A DNA stretch of 63,214 nt, counting the filler, from Octopus bimaculoides (Eukaryota): NCBI RefSeq assembly GCF_001194135.2. It is 8 parts of 7 records of this genome, joined end to end, with 100 filler letters (N's around TTAATTAATTAA, not from the genome) between each part and the next. Parts side by side here need not be neighbours in the genome. Positions count along the whole stretch, not along the records: positions 10,568 to 17,887 come from NC_069006.1; positions 17,988 to 37,394 come from NC_068991.1; 6 more parts are not named here. The stretch is one strand, 5' to 3'. The notes below the pieces were generated by a model that worked only from the letters and a program-made list of their open reading frames with translations, ran no database searches and was not told where the DNA came from. This document shows, piece by piece, positions 10,568-22,986 of this stretch; position 1 is the first letter of the stretch; each line of letters opens with the position of its first letter. Made by a program: the position numbers and the translations under genes.

Positions 10568-12318
10568 AAAATTTAGATTCAGATGAATATGGTACTTAAG
10601 TTGAGGCACCAGAATTTAGTATGGTATTATCCATACAGTTTCATAATAAGGTGATTAAAATCAAAATAAGCAACAAGGATATCCAGAGGTAATGCAGCAT
10701 GATCGTTTCAAGCAACTCTATTTAATTTAACAATGCAACCATTACATCAATTTAAATGCAGAGCAATCCTCAGCTGCATAAAGACATAGAATTAAATTAA
10801 ATTAAAACAGATGGATAAATTAGTATAATTATACCTAAAATCTCCAAGAAGGTAAGGAGATAGACAAAGAACATGCTGTTTTCACTTCAGCTTAGAAGTT
10901 ACTAAGGTATCAGGAAAAAAGACTTGTTAGAGATCCAGCTTGTCACTGTTTTTTGGGGGTCAGTTTTAATTTATAGTCTTTATCAAATCTTTGTATATCA
11001 AAATCTAAGGCCAAGGAACAAGGAACAGTATCTGTTATGGAAGGGGCCAAGAGAGTCGACAGAAATCATTGTGGGGATAGTCATAAAACTATCAAGATTA
11101 ATTTGAAGCAATATAATGAGATTTGATAAAGGAAAATCTTAAATCAAGATGTTAGTTATCAATTAAAGGGGCAAGACTCTAGTAAAACCAATGATGATAA
11201 TACAGGGAAATTTTATCATGGGGTACTATAGTTGAATACTTTAAACAATATTGCTATATTGTATAAAGTTAAAATTTAGGGTTATCAAGAAGATTATTAA
11301 GAAGAATATTATAACCAAAAGGATAAAATTTTTTGAATACTTTCGAGTATATACCAAATTTTACCACAATAGAGGGAGGAAAGAAATTACATAGAAATAG
11401 TTTAATATTCATTCATATTATATACTTAAATATTAACTTATTAGATGATGTCTATGAAGATTGGCATTTACTGGTATTTAATAAAGGAGTCCTGAGGCGA
11501 AATAATATGCTAACTATATATTAATTAAATTATAATCTAAGCAGTTTATCATAAGTTGTGAAGATACCACTACTGTTATATATAAGCTAAGTATGGATTT
11601 CTAGGGGCACAAAAGTTGGGTTTATTTCATAAAGGCTATTATAAAATAATAAAATGAACAGGTAGGGTAGAACGCCATATAAAAGGAATAAAATAGCTTA
11701 ATCACTCAAACCATGATGAAGTATATATACCTTATTAACATCAATAGAGAAGATTTATAGAAAATGTATAATAATTTAAGTATTTAAACTAAAAATTGTT
11801 TATTTACTTATTTTAGTTTGTATCTATAAAGACTGAAATCAGGTATTAACTAAAGGAATATTGATCTTATAGGACATGCTAACTATATATTAATTATAAA
11901 CTAAGAGGTATAACATAGGTTTTGAAAGTTTTTAGTGTTAATCCATACATGATATTATAGTTTCTTAGGGGTACTTAGTTAGAAGGGCTACTTACATAAA
12001 GGTTCTTATAAAAACTGACCCCCAAAAAACAGTGACAAGCTAGATCTCTAACAAGACTTTTTTCCTGATACCTTAGTAGCTTCTAAGCTGAAGTGAAAAC
12101 AGCATGTTCTTTGTCTATCTCCTTACCTTCTTGGAGGCTTTAGGTAAAATTCTACTAATGTGTCCATCTGTTTTAATTTAATTTAATTCTATATCTTTAT
12201 GCAGTTGAGGATTGCTCTGAATTTTAAATTGATGTAATGGTTGCATTGTTAAATTAAATGGAGTCACTTTAAATGATTGTACTGCATTACCGCTGGATAT
12301 CCTGTTGTTTATTTTGAT
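10568..12318. mobile_element. Non-autonomous foldback element with long TIRs
   Basis: About 10659..10968 is the reverse complement of about 12010..12318; AT-rich core with a diverged internal direct repeat. Confidence 0.8.
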
Positions 12319-12718
12319 ATATATATATATATATATATANNNNNNNNNNNNNNNNNNNNNNNNNNNNNNNNNNNNNNNNNNNNNNNNNNNNNNNNNNNNN
12401 NNNNNNNNNNNNNNNNNNNNNNNNNNNNNNNNNNNNNNNNNNNNNNNNNNNNNNNNNNNNNNNNNNNNNNNNNNNNNNNNNNNNNNNNNNNNNNNNNNNN
12501 NNNNNNNNNNNNNNNNNNNNNNNNNNNNNNNNNNNNNNNNNNNNNNNNNNNNNNNNNNNNNNNNNNNNNNNNNNNNNNNNNNNNNNNNNNNNNGGAAGAT
12601 GTTTATAAGCCATTTACGAAGCACACAAAAACTGTTAGATTCACTTCAACATTTAAATTTAATTTGCCAAAATATTTTCGTCACTTTGAGACCATGACTT
12701 GTTCACTGACAAAATTCC

Positions 12719-12751
<33 letters not shown>

Positions 12752-12754
<3 letters not shown>

Positions 12755-12890
12755 CGGGCTTCTTTCAGTTCCCGTCTACCAAATCCACTCACAAGGCTAT
12801 AAAAGAAGACACTTGCCCAAGATGCTATGCAGTGGGACTGAACCCAGAACCATGTGGTTGTTAAGCAAGCTACTTACAACCACTCTTATG
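12752..12890 (-). mobile_element. SINE family A, partial
   Basis: Homologous to 21..186. Confidence 0.8.
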
Positions 12891-13137
12891 CCTTTAGTAT
12901 TTTGTCTTGATTTTTATTTTGGTGACATGTGTTTTTGTTTTTGTGTTTGTTTTCTATTAATGATTTTCTGGAAATACAAAGAGAGGGAAATGACGATGTT
13001 CTTCACATCATAAGATCAAACCTTGTTTGTTCGTCTTCAGTGGTTTGTGAGGGTTGGGCAGTGTTTTGGTGCTTCCCCTTGCTCACCTCCTCCTCCTCAA
13101 TAAATACATTTTAATCTTTGATTTTAGTTCTACAATA

Positions 13138-13274
13138 ATGTCATCATCATCATCATCATTGTCGTCATCGCCGTTGTCATTGTCCTCTTTGCAGCATTGT
13201 CATTATCATCGCCTTCACCACTGCTACCATTGTTGTCAGTGTCATTGTCCTCCACTTCCTTCTCATTGTTGTCA

Positions 13275-13329
<55 letters not shown>

Positions 13330-13456
13330 TGTCCTTGTCATTGTCCTTTTGCAGTATTGTCATCATCATCTTCACCACCACCACTACCATTGTTGTCATT
13401 ATCATTATCCTCCTCCACCACCTCCTCATCATCTTCATCATCATCATAATCATCTT
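13138..13456. repeat. Decayed (CAT/CAC)n trinucleotide tract
   Basis: Visible directly; source of spurious poly-D/S/H ORFs. Confidence 0.9.
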
Positions 13457-13792
13457 TTAGCGTCTGTCTCCCATGCTGGCATGGGTTGGCTGGTTCAACA
13501 AGATCCAAGGGGTCAGAGGATTGTATTGTTCTCCAATGTCTGCTTTCGGATTTAGTGGAATAAATTCATGTCCACCCTTCATGCCAAGGCTTTTACTAAA
13601 CCAAAGTTAGTTTCGAGTCTGTCCATTTGTAAAAAAAATCGCAATGACATTGTAAGTAAGTGTGAGAGACCAGATATAGCCAGTTTGAACATAAAATAGG
13701 TAGAACATTACAGTGTCTTAGGAGGGTCATTACACTAATATTAATTACACGCACACTGGTTCAGTACCACTTCTTTATTGTTAGTCAATTAC

Positions 13793-14190
13793 TCTTTTAC
13801 TCTTTTACTTGTTTCAGAAATTTGACTGCAGCCATGCTGGAGCACCGCCTTTAGTCGAGCAAATCAACCCCAGGACTTATTTTTTGTAAGCCTAGTACTT
13901 ATTCTATTGGTCTCTTTTGCCGAACCGCTAAGTTACGGGGACATAAACACACCAGCATCGTTTGTCAAGCGATGTTGGGGAGACAAACACAGACACACAA
14001 ACACATACACACACATATATATACATATATACGACGGGCTTCTTTCAGTTTCCGTCTACCAAATCCACTCATAAGGCTTTGGTCGGCCTGAGGCTATAGT
14101 AGAACACACTTGCCCAAGGTGCCATGCAGTGGGACTGAACCCGGAACCATGTGATTGGTAAGCAAGCTACTTACCACACAGCCACTCCTG
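13793..14190 (-). mobile_element. SINE family A, full length (head, body, (TA/CA) spacer, 3' domain)
   Basis: Complete match to the architecture of the 49655 and 53965 copies. Confidence 0.88.
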
Positions 14191-14811
14191 GTTAAATACC
14201 TAACAAAGGTCCTGAAAAGGTTGTGAATGATGAATCATTCACAACCACTTCAGTGACTTGGTGACTTCTCCTCTTTCCAAAATCTGCTCTGAATCTGTGG
14301 CATTGAACCTGTGCATGTATTATTATTACTAGCATAATGACTCTCCCAAAACGCAACAAAATTTGTTTCAACACACAAGTTCTCATCAAGAATCTGGCCG
14401 GACATGGCCAGATTAAATACTAAAGGATTATCATAAATCCTGATAAACTTAACTGATAACTTATATTCCAAGATCCCTCCACAACATTAGATATTTCCAT
14501 TCTTATGGCTACTGAGCCAATTAAACTCTTCTACTGAACACTCCTATTGGCTAATACTTTCCCAGTCAACTTGTTACTAGTTTCCATGGTGGAAGGGCAA
14601 GACTGATACCCTAACACTTTATCTTTCATTTTAGTTTTATTTGCTGTGTTCTTTTATATTCCAGAAACCAAACCCACCAATCAGATTCAATAATGTTCTA
14701 TCCAACATTACCAAACTTGTCCAATGTGTTCATTCATTTGAAGACAAACGTAGGCAAAAAATTTTTCTTTATTCTCAGAATGAATTTTTAAAAATATAAT
14801 ATATATATTCT

Positions 14812-15185
14812 TTTACTTGTTTCAGTCATTTGAATGTGGCCGTGCTGGAGTACTGCCTTTAGTCGAACAAATCGATCCCAGGACTTATTCTCTGTAAGCC
14901 TCATGCTTATTCTATCGGTCTCTTTTGCTGAACCGCTAAGTTACGGGGATGGAAACACACCAGCATCAGTTATCAAGCGATAATGGGGGGACAAACACAG
15001 ACATGCAAACACACACACACACACATATACGATGGGCTTCTTTCAGTTTCCATCTACCAAATCTACTCACAAGGCTTTGGTTGGCCCAAGGATATAGCAG
15101 AAGACATTTGCCCAAGGTGCTGTGCTATGGGACTGAACCTGGAACCATGTGGTTGGTAAGCAAGCTACTTACCACACAGCCACTC
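14812..15185 (-). mobile_element. SINE family A, full length
   Basis: Homologous to 13793..14190. Confidence 0.87.
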
Positions 15186-15629
15186 AAATGGCCTCATGAG
15201 GGAATTGTATCATCCAAGGAAATACTGGTTCAATACCTAATATTTTGTGGGGAGGATTAAATCTATAAAATGATAGATTTATATATAAACTGTCATTTAT
15301 AAACAAGCAAATGAAAAATTAGAAAATGGAGATATTGGATTTAATAAGAAACATGATTTTGATACTTACTTAAACTTCATTAAGCTTAACTGAAACAGCT
15401 GTAAGGGACAATGTTTGATTTTTTTGCTGATAATAAACTCTTATTNNNNNNNNNNNNNNNNNNNNNNNNNNNNNNNNNNNNNNNNNNNNNNNNNNNNNNN
15501 NNNNNNNNNNNNNNNNNNNNNNNNNNNNNNNNNNNNNNNNNNNNNNNNNNNNNNNNNNNNNNNNNNNNNNNNNNNNNNNNNNNNNNNNNNNNNNNNNNNN
15601 NNNNNNNNNNNNNNNNNNNNNNNNNNNNN

Positions 15630-15932
15630 GTGCCCTTTTCAAGCCTAGCCAGGCTCATGGACTCGGTTTCCTTGTTTCTATGACGTATGTGTTCCCCCCC
15701 AGCTGGACAGGATGCCAGCCCATCGCAACGTTACTCAAGAAACAGGAAGAAAGAGTGAGAGAAAGTTGGGGCGAAAGAGTACAACAGAGGTCGCCACTGC
15801 CCTCTGCCGGAGCCTCATGGAGCTTTAGGTGTTTTCGCTCAATAAACACACACAACACCTGGTCTGGGAATTGAAACTGCGATCCCCCGACTGCGAGTCC
15901 GCTGCCCTAACCACTGGGCCATAGCACCTCCA
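15630..15932 (-). mobile_element. SINE family C variant with a different 3' tail
   Basis: Head and body match 1085..1260; 3' part differs. Confidence 0.8.
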
Positions 15933-15964
15933 CACACACACATTTATACATACTTGGAAATGGA

Positions 15965-16325
15965 TGTGTGGTGTTCTCCCAGTGTTCACTATTTTCCTCT
16001 TGTTCTGGTCTAATGACCCTCCATGTTTGTTTTCATTCGGTTTCCTTGTATGTCTTCACTGTCCTGTTCTTGTTCCCAACTCTGACCCTCTAGAAATCCT
16101 AAATTTTGTTTTAGAATTTATGGGAGCAACTGTCTTTGAAGACTCATACTGTTATTGAAAGCTTGAAATGAGGAGTATATATAGACAGCCAGCAACTGAT
16201 GAAGGGTCCTTTCTCTATGTTTACTTGTCCTGTTCTCCATTTTTTCATCTCTCGTTGTTTACGTATTTAACATCCTTGTTTACGTATTTCATGTTGTTTG
16301 CACAGTTGGTGATGTCCTGTTCCCA
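15965..16325. mobile_element. Possible Penelope-like terminal remnant
   Basis: gacagccagcaactgatgaaggg motif and pyrimidine-rich tail typical of PLE ends. Confidence 0.35.
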
Positions 16326-16346
16326 TATATGCATATATATATATAT

Positions 16347-17215
16347 CATCATCATCATCATCGTTTAACGTCTGCTTTCTATGCTGGCATGGGTTGGGCA
16401 GTTTGACTGAGGCTGCTCCAGGCTCCAATCTGATCTGGCAGAGTTTCTACAGCTGGATGCCCTTCCTAATGCCAACCACTCCGAGTGTGTAGTGGGTGCT
16501 TTTATGTACCACCGGCATGAGGGCCAATCAGGCAGTACTGGTGACAGCCACGCTCAAATGGTGTTTTTTATGTGCCACCTGCACAGGAGCCAGTCCAGCA
16601 GCACAGGCAATGAACTCGCTCAAATGTTGTTGTTTTTCATGTGCTACTGGCACAAGTGCCAGTAAGGTGATGCTGGTAACGATCATGCTCAAATGGTGCT
16701 TTTTATGTGCCACCAGCATGGGAGCCAGTCAGTGGCCCTGGCAACGATTATGCTCAAATGGTGCTTTTAATGTTCCACTGGAACAGGTGCCAGTCAGGCA
16801 GTACTGTTATTGGCCACGTCAGTGAATTTGATTTTGATTGTGACTTCACTTGCCTGAAAAGGTCTTCGCAAGCAACATATAAGTAGGCTGGTTACACCGC
16901 TGGCATAGGCCACAGGTTATGGTCTCACTTGGCTTGCTGGGTCTTCTCAAGTCCAGCATATTTCCAAAGGTCTCAGTCACTAGTCTTTGCATCAGTGAGG
17001 CCCAATATTCGAAGGTCGTGCTTCACCACCTCATCCCAGGTCTTCCTGGGTGTACCTCTTCCACAGATTCCCTCAACTGCTAGGGTGTGACACCTCTTCA
17101 CACAGCTGTCCTCATCCATTCTCACCACATGTCCATGCCAGCGCAGTCGTCTCTCTTGCACACCACATCTAATGCTTCTTCGGTCCAAGTTTTCTCTCAA
17201 GGCGCTTATACTCTG
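16347..17215 (-). mobile_element. 5'-truncated RTE LINE: ORF2 C-terminus, 3'UTR and (GAT)n tail
   Basis: ERRLRWHGHVVRM...GRGTPRKTWDEVV is an RTE C-terminal signature; continuous with the tandem-unit 3'UTR. Confidence 0.85.
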
Positions 17216-17234
17216 TTGTGTTAGTCTCCATACA

Positions 17235-17536
17235 TAAGAAACAGTTTATAAAATCCCCTAGATCCCCTGATCTTATCCCTCTATCTTTGGGGGTATTTGA
17301 AAGGCATGGGGTATCGCGGAAAGACGAAAGACAAATCATTTGAAGGAATGCATCACCAACTCATTTGCACACGTATCACCAGATGTGTTATTACAAGTTC
17401 ACAATGAGTGGGGTAAACGTATTGCAATGTATATTCAAAACCATGGTAACCATATAGAGACTGTTAAATAAATAAGAAGGTGTTTCTTATAAAAAGATAA
17501 ATTGTTCCTATGTATGGTGACTTTTGAATCACTCTG
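17235..17536 (+). mobile_element. Tc1/mariner 3' end
   Basis: SPDL.P motif and decayed transposase C-terminus; terminus cttttgaatcactctg|TA. Confidence 0.75.
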
Positions 17537-17559
17537 TATATGTATATATATATATATCA

Positions 17560-17887
17560 TCATCATCATCATCATCATCGTTTAACGTCCGCTTTCCATG
17601 CTAGCATGGGTTGGACGATTTGACTGAGGACTGGTGAAACCGGATGGCAACACCAGGCTCCAGTCTAACTTGGCAGAGTTTCTACAGCTGGATGCCCTTC
17701 CTAACGCCAACCACTCAGAGAGTGTAGTGGGTGCTTTTACGTGTCACCCGCACGAAAACGGCCAGGGGTACTGGCAACGATCTCGCTCGAAGATCCTACG
17801 GGAGCCAGTCAGGCGGTACTGGCAACGGCCACGCTCAAAATGGTGCATCTCATGTGCCACCCGCACAAGAACCAGTCCAGGGGCACT
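17560..17887 (-). mobile_element. RTE-LINE 3' end, young copy
   Basis: Same family as 4178..4719, with (CAT)n tail. Confidence 0.82.
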
Positions 17888-17987
17888 NNNNNNNNNNNNN
17901 NNNNNNNNNNNNNNNNNNNNNNNNNNNNNNNTTAATTAATTAANNNNNNNNNNNNNNNNNNNNNNNNNNNNNNNNNNNNNNNNNNNN

Positions 17988-19475
17988 CACCTTAATGTAT
18001 AATCTTCCTGTGAAAACTAAAATTTTAACTTTATCCATTGATGGCATATGGTTTTACTTAAATTTTTTCCATATCACATTTGCTATTGCTGTTAGTTTAG
18101 TGTGTATTTTACTTAACTTTAATGAATAGGATGTTTGAAATTTCTTAATAGTTTTTAATAGTTTTTAAACCTTTTAAAATTCTATTTGATGCCTGACCCT
18201 AAAGGATTCATGTTATTCCATTGTTGTTGTAGTGTTATCATTGTTATTTTATGGGTGACTTAAATAAATCTAATCCTTGTTCCATTATTATTTTGTACTT
18301 AGCCTATGTTAGTTAATACCAGTTCCTGATAATTTAAAATAGTGTAATCTAATTGAATTAGTACATAATTATCATGTTCTCTATTAATAGTTTAGTTCAC
18401 CACTATATTCAACGTTAATTCCAATCGTTCATTTTATCAGTTTCTTAAACCCTGATGAGTCCATCATTATAAACCATGTAAATCCTATGTATCAATTCTT
18501 TATATTAACTATATAATAAATTTATCTCTTATGTGTCCTTTAAATGATATTAGATATATAAGTTTAATTTTAAAATTTTAGTCCAATATATATAAAAAAT
18601 TTAATTTCACATCTTATCTATGGGTCCTTTATATTGGTGTAAATAATCATTTTACCATAGCATTTTAAATTAATACCACTTCATTATTAATTTATAATTA
18701 GCCTTTATTTATTAACATATTAATTAAGCAAATATTGGTATCTCAAGTATTTCAAACTTAGCATATGTAAAACAATACTGATATATTATTCTGATTAATG
18801 AAAACTATGAATAACCATTTACTGTATCTGTATACAATAGAGCAACTTTATTTTATATACGTTTGACCTAGGTGCCTATTGATAATACTTCCCCCGTTCC
18901 ATTATAAACTGGTCTGCTAGTAGAAACCACCCCACTATAGTAGTTTGTCACCAAACCTTAAGAAATCTTATAACTATATCATCCATGTTTACTGCTTATA
19001 CTGTTTACCCCTTACCCTAAAAAGAAAATGCCAGTGCCCTCTTAAGCTTTGAATCACTAGGTCTGATAAAATAGTCCATAAATCAAGTAACAAAAAGCAA
19101 ATAAAATCAGTGACAGTTAAAAATCTGCTTAGAATTATCTATTAGCCTGTGTGGTCTGGCTAAGTCAAAATGTTTTTTTGTATTCTTCCTTTCTACTTGG
19201 GGAGTTTAGATTTAGTTATAAAAATATGTCCTTCTGTTTAAATGTAATTTCATTAAATTTCTATATCTTTGTGCAGCTGAGGATTGCTCTGCATTTTATA
19301 TTTGATGTAATGTTCACATTAAATGGGGTCGCATGAAACGATCGTACTGCATTAACTTTGGATATCCTTGTTGCTTATTTTGACTTTAATCATCTTATTT
19401 TGAAACTGTATGGATAATACCATACTTAATTCTGGTGCCTAAACTTAAGTACCATATTCACCTAAATCTAAATTT
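17988..19475. mobile_element. Second, more diverged copy of the long-TIR foldback element; left end in a gap
   Basis: About 19090..19475 is homologous to the TIR at 10568..10968 and ends ...cctaaatctaaattt|(AT)n. Confidence 0.7.
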
Positions 19476-19479
19476 ATAT

Positions 19480-21135
19480 ATATATATAAAATAAAGTAAA
19501 GTTGTGGGATACCGTACGAGTGGAAATATATATGAAAGAAGGTTTGAAAATGCAATTTTAAAGATATTTATTCACTTAACCGGTTTCACTTTTTTAGAAA
19601 AAGATTGTCAAAAGTAAAATATAAATCTTTGTAGTATTAGGTCTTTGAGAATAATAGAAAATGTTAAAAAACAGTTTGAGTATTAAAATACATATATACA
19701 TTCTTTGATGATAATAAGAGGAATATATTTAAAGTATGAAGCTTTGCATGAGCTTTGTAGTGTTACATACTGATTATCACAAAGGTATTGAAATACATTC
19801 TCTGATAATAAGACGAAAATGTTAAAAGCAGTGTAAGTATGAAAATACATATATGGAAAAATACATATANNNNNNNNNNNNNNNNNNNNNNNNNNNNNNN
19901 NNNNNNNNNNNNNNNNNNNNNNNNNNNNNNNNNNNNNNNNNNNNNNNNNNNNNNNNNNNNNNNNNNNNNNNNNNNNNNNNNNNNNNNNNNNNNNNNNNNN
20001 NNNNNNNNNNNNNNNNNNNNNNNNNNNNNNNNNNNNNNNNNNNNNNNNNNNNNNNNNNNNNNNNNNNNNNNNNNNNNNNNNNNNNNNNNNNNNNNNNNNN
20101 NNNNNNNNNNNNNNNNNNNNNNNNNNNNNNNNNNNNNNNNNNNNNNNNNNNNNNNNNNNNNNNNNNNNNNNNNNNNNAAATGGGACAAGAACGCAAAACA
20201 TCCAGACAGTTAGGTGATACAAGAAAGGGACAACAAAAACATCCAGATAGATGATACAAAGAAAACAAGGACAGATCATTCGGAGTTTTCTTTCATCAGT
20301 CGAGTTCCAGATTATCTTTGCAATTTCAGCTGGTTATACTCGAGATTGCTCCAATCTGGCCAGCTCCAATGAAAAACTAAGCTAAGAGCATTAGATTCCT
20401 TGGAAGAAAGCAGTTAATATATACAAAAACAAGGACGGAAAAAAAACGAACAATGTTACACAAACACAATAAAAATAATAACAGGACATAACAACAGGTG
20501 TCTTTCGACTAAGGACGAATTAAATTAAGCTAGCGTGTGTGGAAATAAAGCCTTACGGCAAGGATACAAGATTTCACAGGCACAGAGAGGAATATCGATG
20601 TTGCATGGACAACGAGCGGCCAAGAAAGAAAAATCAGGCTTGGCTGAATGCCGGTCACGTGGGAAAACAAGAGAGAAAGGTAAAGGCAGAGGGACAAAAG
20701 AATTAAGGAAGGGCGAGGAAAAATGACAGGGACACAGTGAAGTAAAAAGTGAATGGAAAGTGAGCAAGAAGAGAAGGCAAGGAAATGTGAGAGAGGGGGA
20801 ACGAAAGAACGAAGAGTGGAGTGAACGAATAAGAGTGAAAGGGTTGATAGACAGAAAGAGAGTCGTACAAGATTTAGAAAAATGTATACTTACATATAAG
20901 AGCCCAAAGTGTACGTACGCCAACATATATATATATATATATAAACAATACAAAATGGGAAAAGAACGCAAAACATCTAGACGGTTAGGTGATACAAGAA
21001 AGGGACAACAAAATCATCCAGATATATGATATAAAGAAAACAAGGACAGGTCATTCGGAGTTTTCTTTCATCAGTCGAGTTCCAGATTATCTTTGCAATT
21101 TCGGCTGGATGTACTCGAGATTGCTCCAATCTGTC
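19480..21135 (-). mobile_element. Penelope-like terminal region with tandem pseudo-LTR-like direct repeat
   Basis: 20179..20360 is approximately equal to 20953..21135; CTGATGA-containing end. Confidence 0.55.
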
Positions 21136-21189
21136 CACACACGCACATACACACACAAGAACGTGTAGATATTTGTGATTAATGCTGAC

Positions 21190-21307
21190 CTTAATGTGGT
21201 CGGATATATTTCAGGAGTATATAACCATAAACCACCAAAGGCACCACTGATACCGACCATTCCAAGTAAAGACAAAACTACTGTGGAAGTGTTGATGGCA
21301 TCACTGT
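21190..21307 (-). CDS. SLC22: SLC22-family organic cation transporter exon: (D)SDAINTSTVVLSLLGMVGISGAFGGLWLYTPEIYPTTL(R)
   Basis: TM10 and the ExYPTxxR motif; acceptor tttctatttacag|, donor |gtcagc; phase 1 to phase 2. Confidence 0.9.
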
Positions 21308-21883
21308 CTGTAAATAGAAAATATAGGTCAACATTATCAGACATAAAACAGTTTGCTTCTAGGTTTCTAGATCGAAATGAAAATATGTGATGNNNNNNNN
21401 NNNNNNNNNNNNNNNNNNNNNNNNNNNNNNNNNNNNNNNNNNNNNNNNNNNNNNNNNNNNNNNNNNNNNNNNNNNNNNNNNNNNNNNNNNNNNNNNNNNN
21501 NNNNNNNNNNNNNNNNNNNNNNNNNNNNNNNNNNNNNNNNNNNNNNNNNNNNNNNNNNNNNNNNNNNNNNNNATTTAACTTCTGTTCAGTTGATATCTTC
21601 TTTTCAATGATGACAACACCAAAAACTGCTTTTGATGACACCTTCTAGATGTATGAATGGTAACGTGGTAATTTAAAGAATTCGCTCAATAAATTCACTG
21701 ATATTTAATAGACTTGGCCTCGAATCTTTTGGACTATTCAAATATATCTGACCTTATGTCAGTGTAATTTGATCTTCAACCACTTGACGATGCATAGAGA
21801 GCTAAACACCAAAACAGAAAAAATTGCATAAATCAGATGACTTGCCTTTTCGATGACTGTTTGTCTGTCTGTCTGTCCGTCTA

Positions 21884-21915
<32 letters not shown>

Positions 21916-22651
21916 CCCTTCCCTCTTTCTCTCTGTTTACAAGATCGTCTTGAATATTCAAGATAAAAGCATAAACAGTACGATGTGTTAACATTTCTGC
22001 TTTTCCCTATGTCACTTCATACAATCCCGTTTTAGAGAGCTCTTGTGGTTAATCATTCCAGTGTTTGCATTGAATTTCAGTGTGTGTGTGCGTGTGCGTG
22101 TGTGTGTGTGTGTGCATGTGTGTGTGTGTATGTGTGTGTGTGTGTGTGTATGTGTGTGTGTGTGTGTGTGTGTAAATGCACCCTCACACAGACCCATGCA
22201 AATTTAATATTGTTTCATGTTATTTTTGAAAGCCTGCCGAGCCTTTTCATCGCCATGTGATTTTCCTTGTTCACGTAATGTCTGTTTTCATTTATTCATT
22301 GACCACTATCGTTCTATTTTAAAATCAGATTAATTTATTTTGTTTCATGCAGTGGATATGTCAGAGTTACATATAGGAAATATTAATGGTGGATAATAGC
22401 TTTATATAAATGTAGTGTAGTTTGAATTTTGTGAGGTCTATTGCACCGAAAGTATTGTGTTGTCGAGGCTGGATTTGACAAGTGGTGTTTGTTCTATATC
22501 TATTTAATACACTCCCTTATCCTTTTCACCACGAGTGAATGAAATCTCTTACTAGATAATGTTGAGAGAAATTGTCATATATACATATATATGCATATAT
22601 ATAATCAACATTTTGTGCTTAAATATTGCAGATAAAATATAGGTATCTTAC

Positions 22652-22737
22652 CACCGATCGACTTCAGAACTGCCACGGCTAACAATGTCACAGCTGAGGA
22701 AGCAATGAGAATTATGATGGTTTTCTTCCGTCCAAAT
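22652..22737 (-). CDS. SLC22: SLC22-family exon: (L)FGRKKTIIILIASSAVTLLAVAVLKSIG(D)
   Basis: MFS TM8-9 loop motif FGRK; acceptor catgttccag|, donor |gtaaga; frame-consistent with neighbours. Confidence 0.88.
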
Positions 22738-22942
22738 CTGGAACATGGTACAAAATAAGATTATGGTGGTGACCTTGAATGATTAGTTTCATAGATTAGT
22801 ACACGGAGTAAATAATCTCAGATATCGTAGTCGACCTTTCAGTGATACGTACAATGCAATAAAGAAAAGCAACGACGGAAAGAGAGAGTGAGAAGGAAAA
22901 GGAGCGAGATAGAAATAAAGAGAGAGAAGGGTAGGGAGAAGT

Positions 22943-22986
<44 letters not shown>

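Noticed and set aside
10980-12000. NUMT or Polinton polymerase remnant in the AT-rich core (KLRGIT-like motif)
   Set aside because: No recognisable mitochondrial gene; the motif is too short, and the termini do not start with Polinton-type AG.
13054-13555. Poly-D/S/H/M/N/I/V ORFs here and at 27, 47, 57 and 60.9 kb
   Set aside because: Translations of trinucleotide microsatellites.
14607-14693. Plus-strand LSFILVLFAVFFYIPETK resembling an MFS TM12/PETK motif
   Set aside because: Wrong strand for the SLC22 gene, bounded by stops, and without splice support.
16480-16830. CRISPR-like repeat-spacer array
   Set aside because: Degenerate tandem units in an RTE 3'UTR in a eukaryotic genome; no unique spacers or cas genes.
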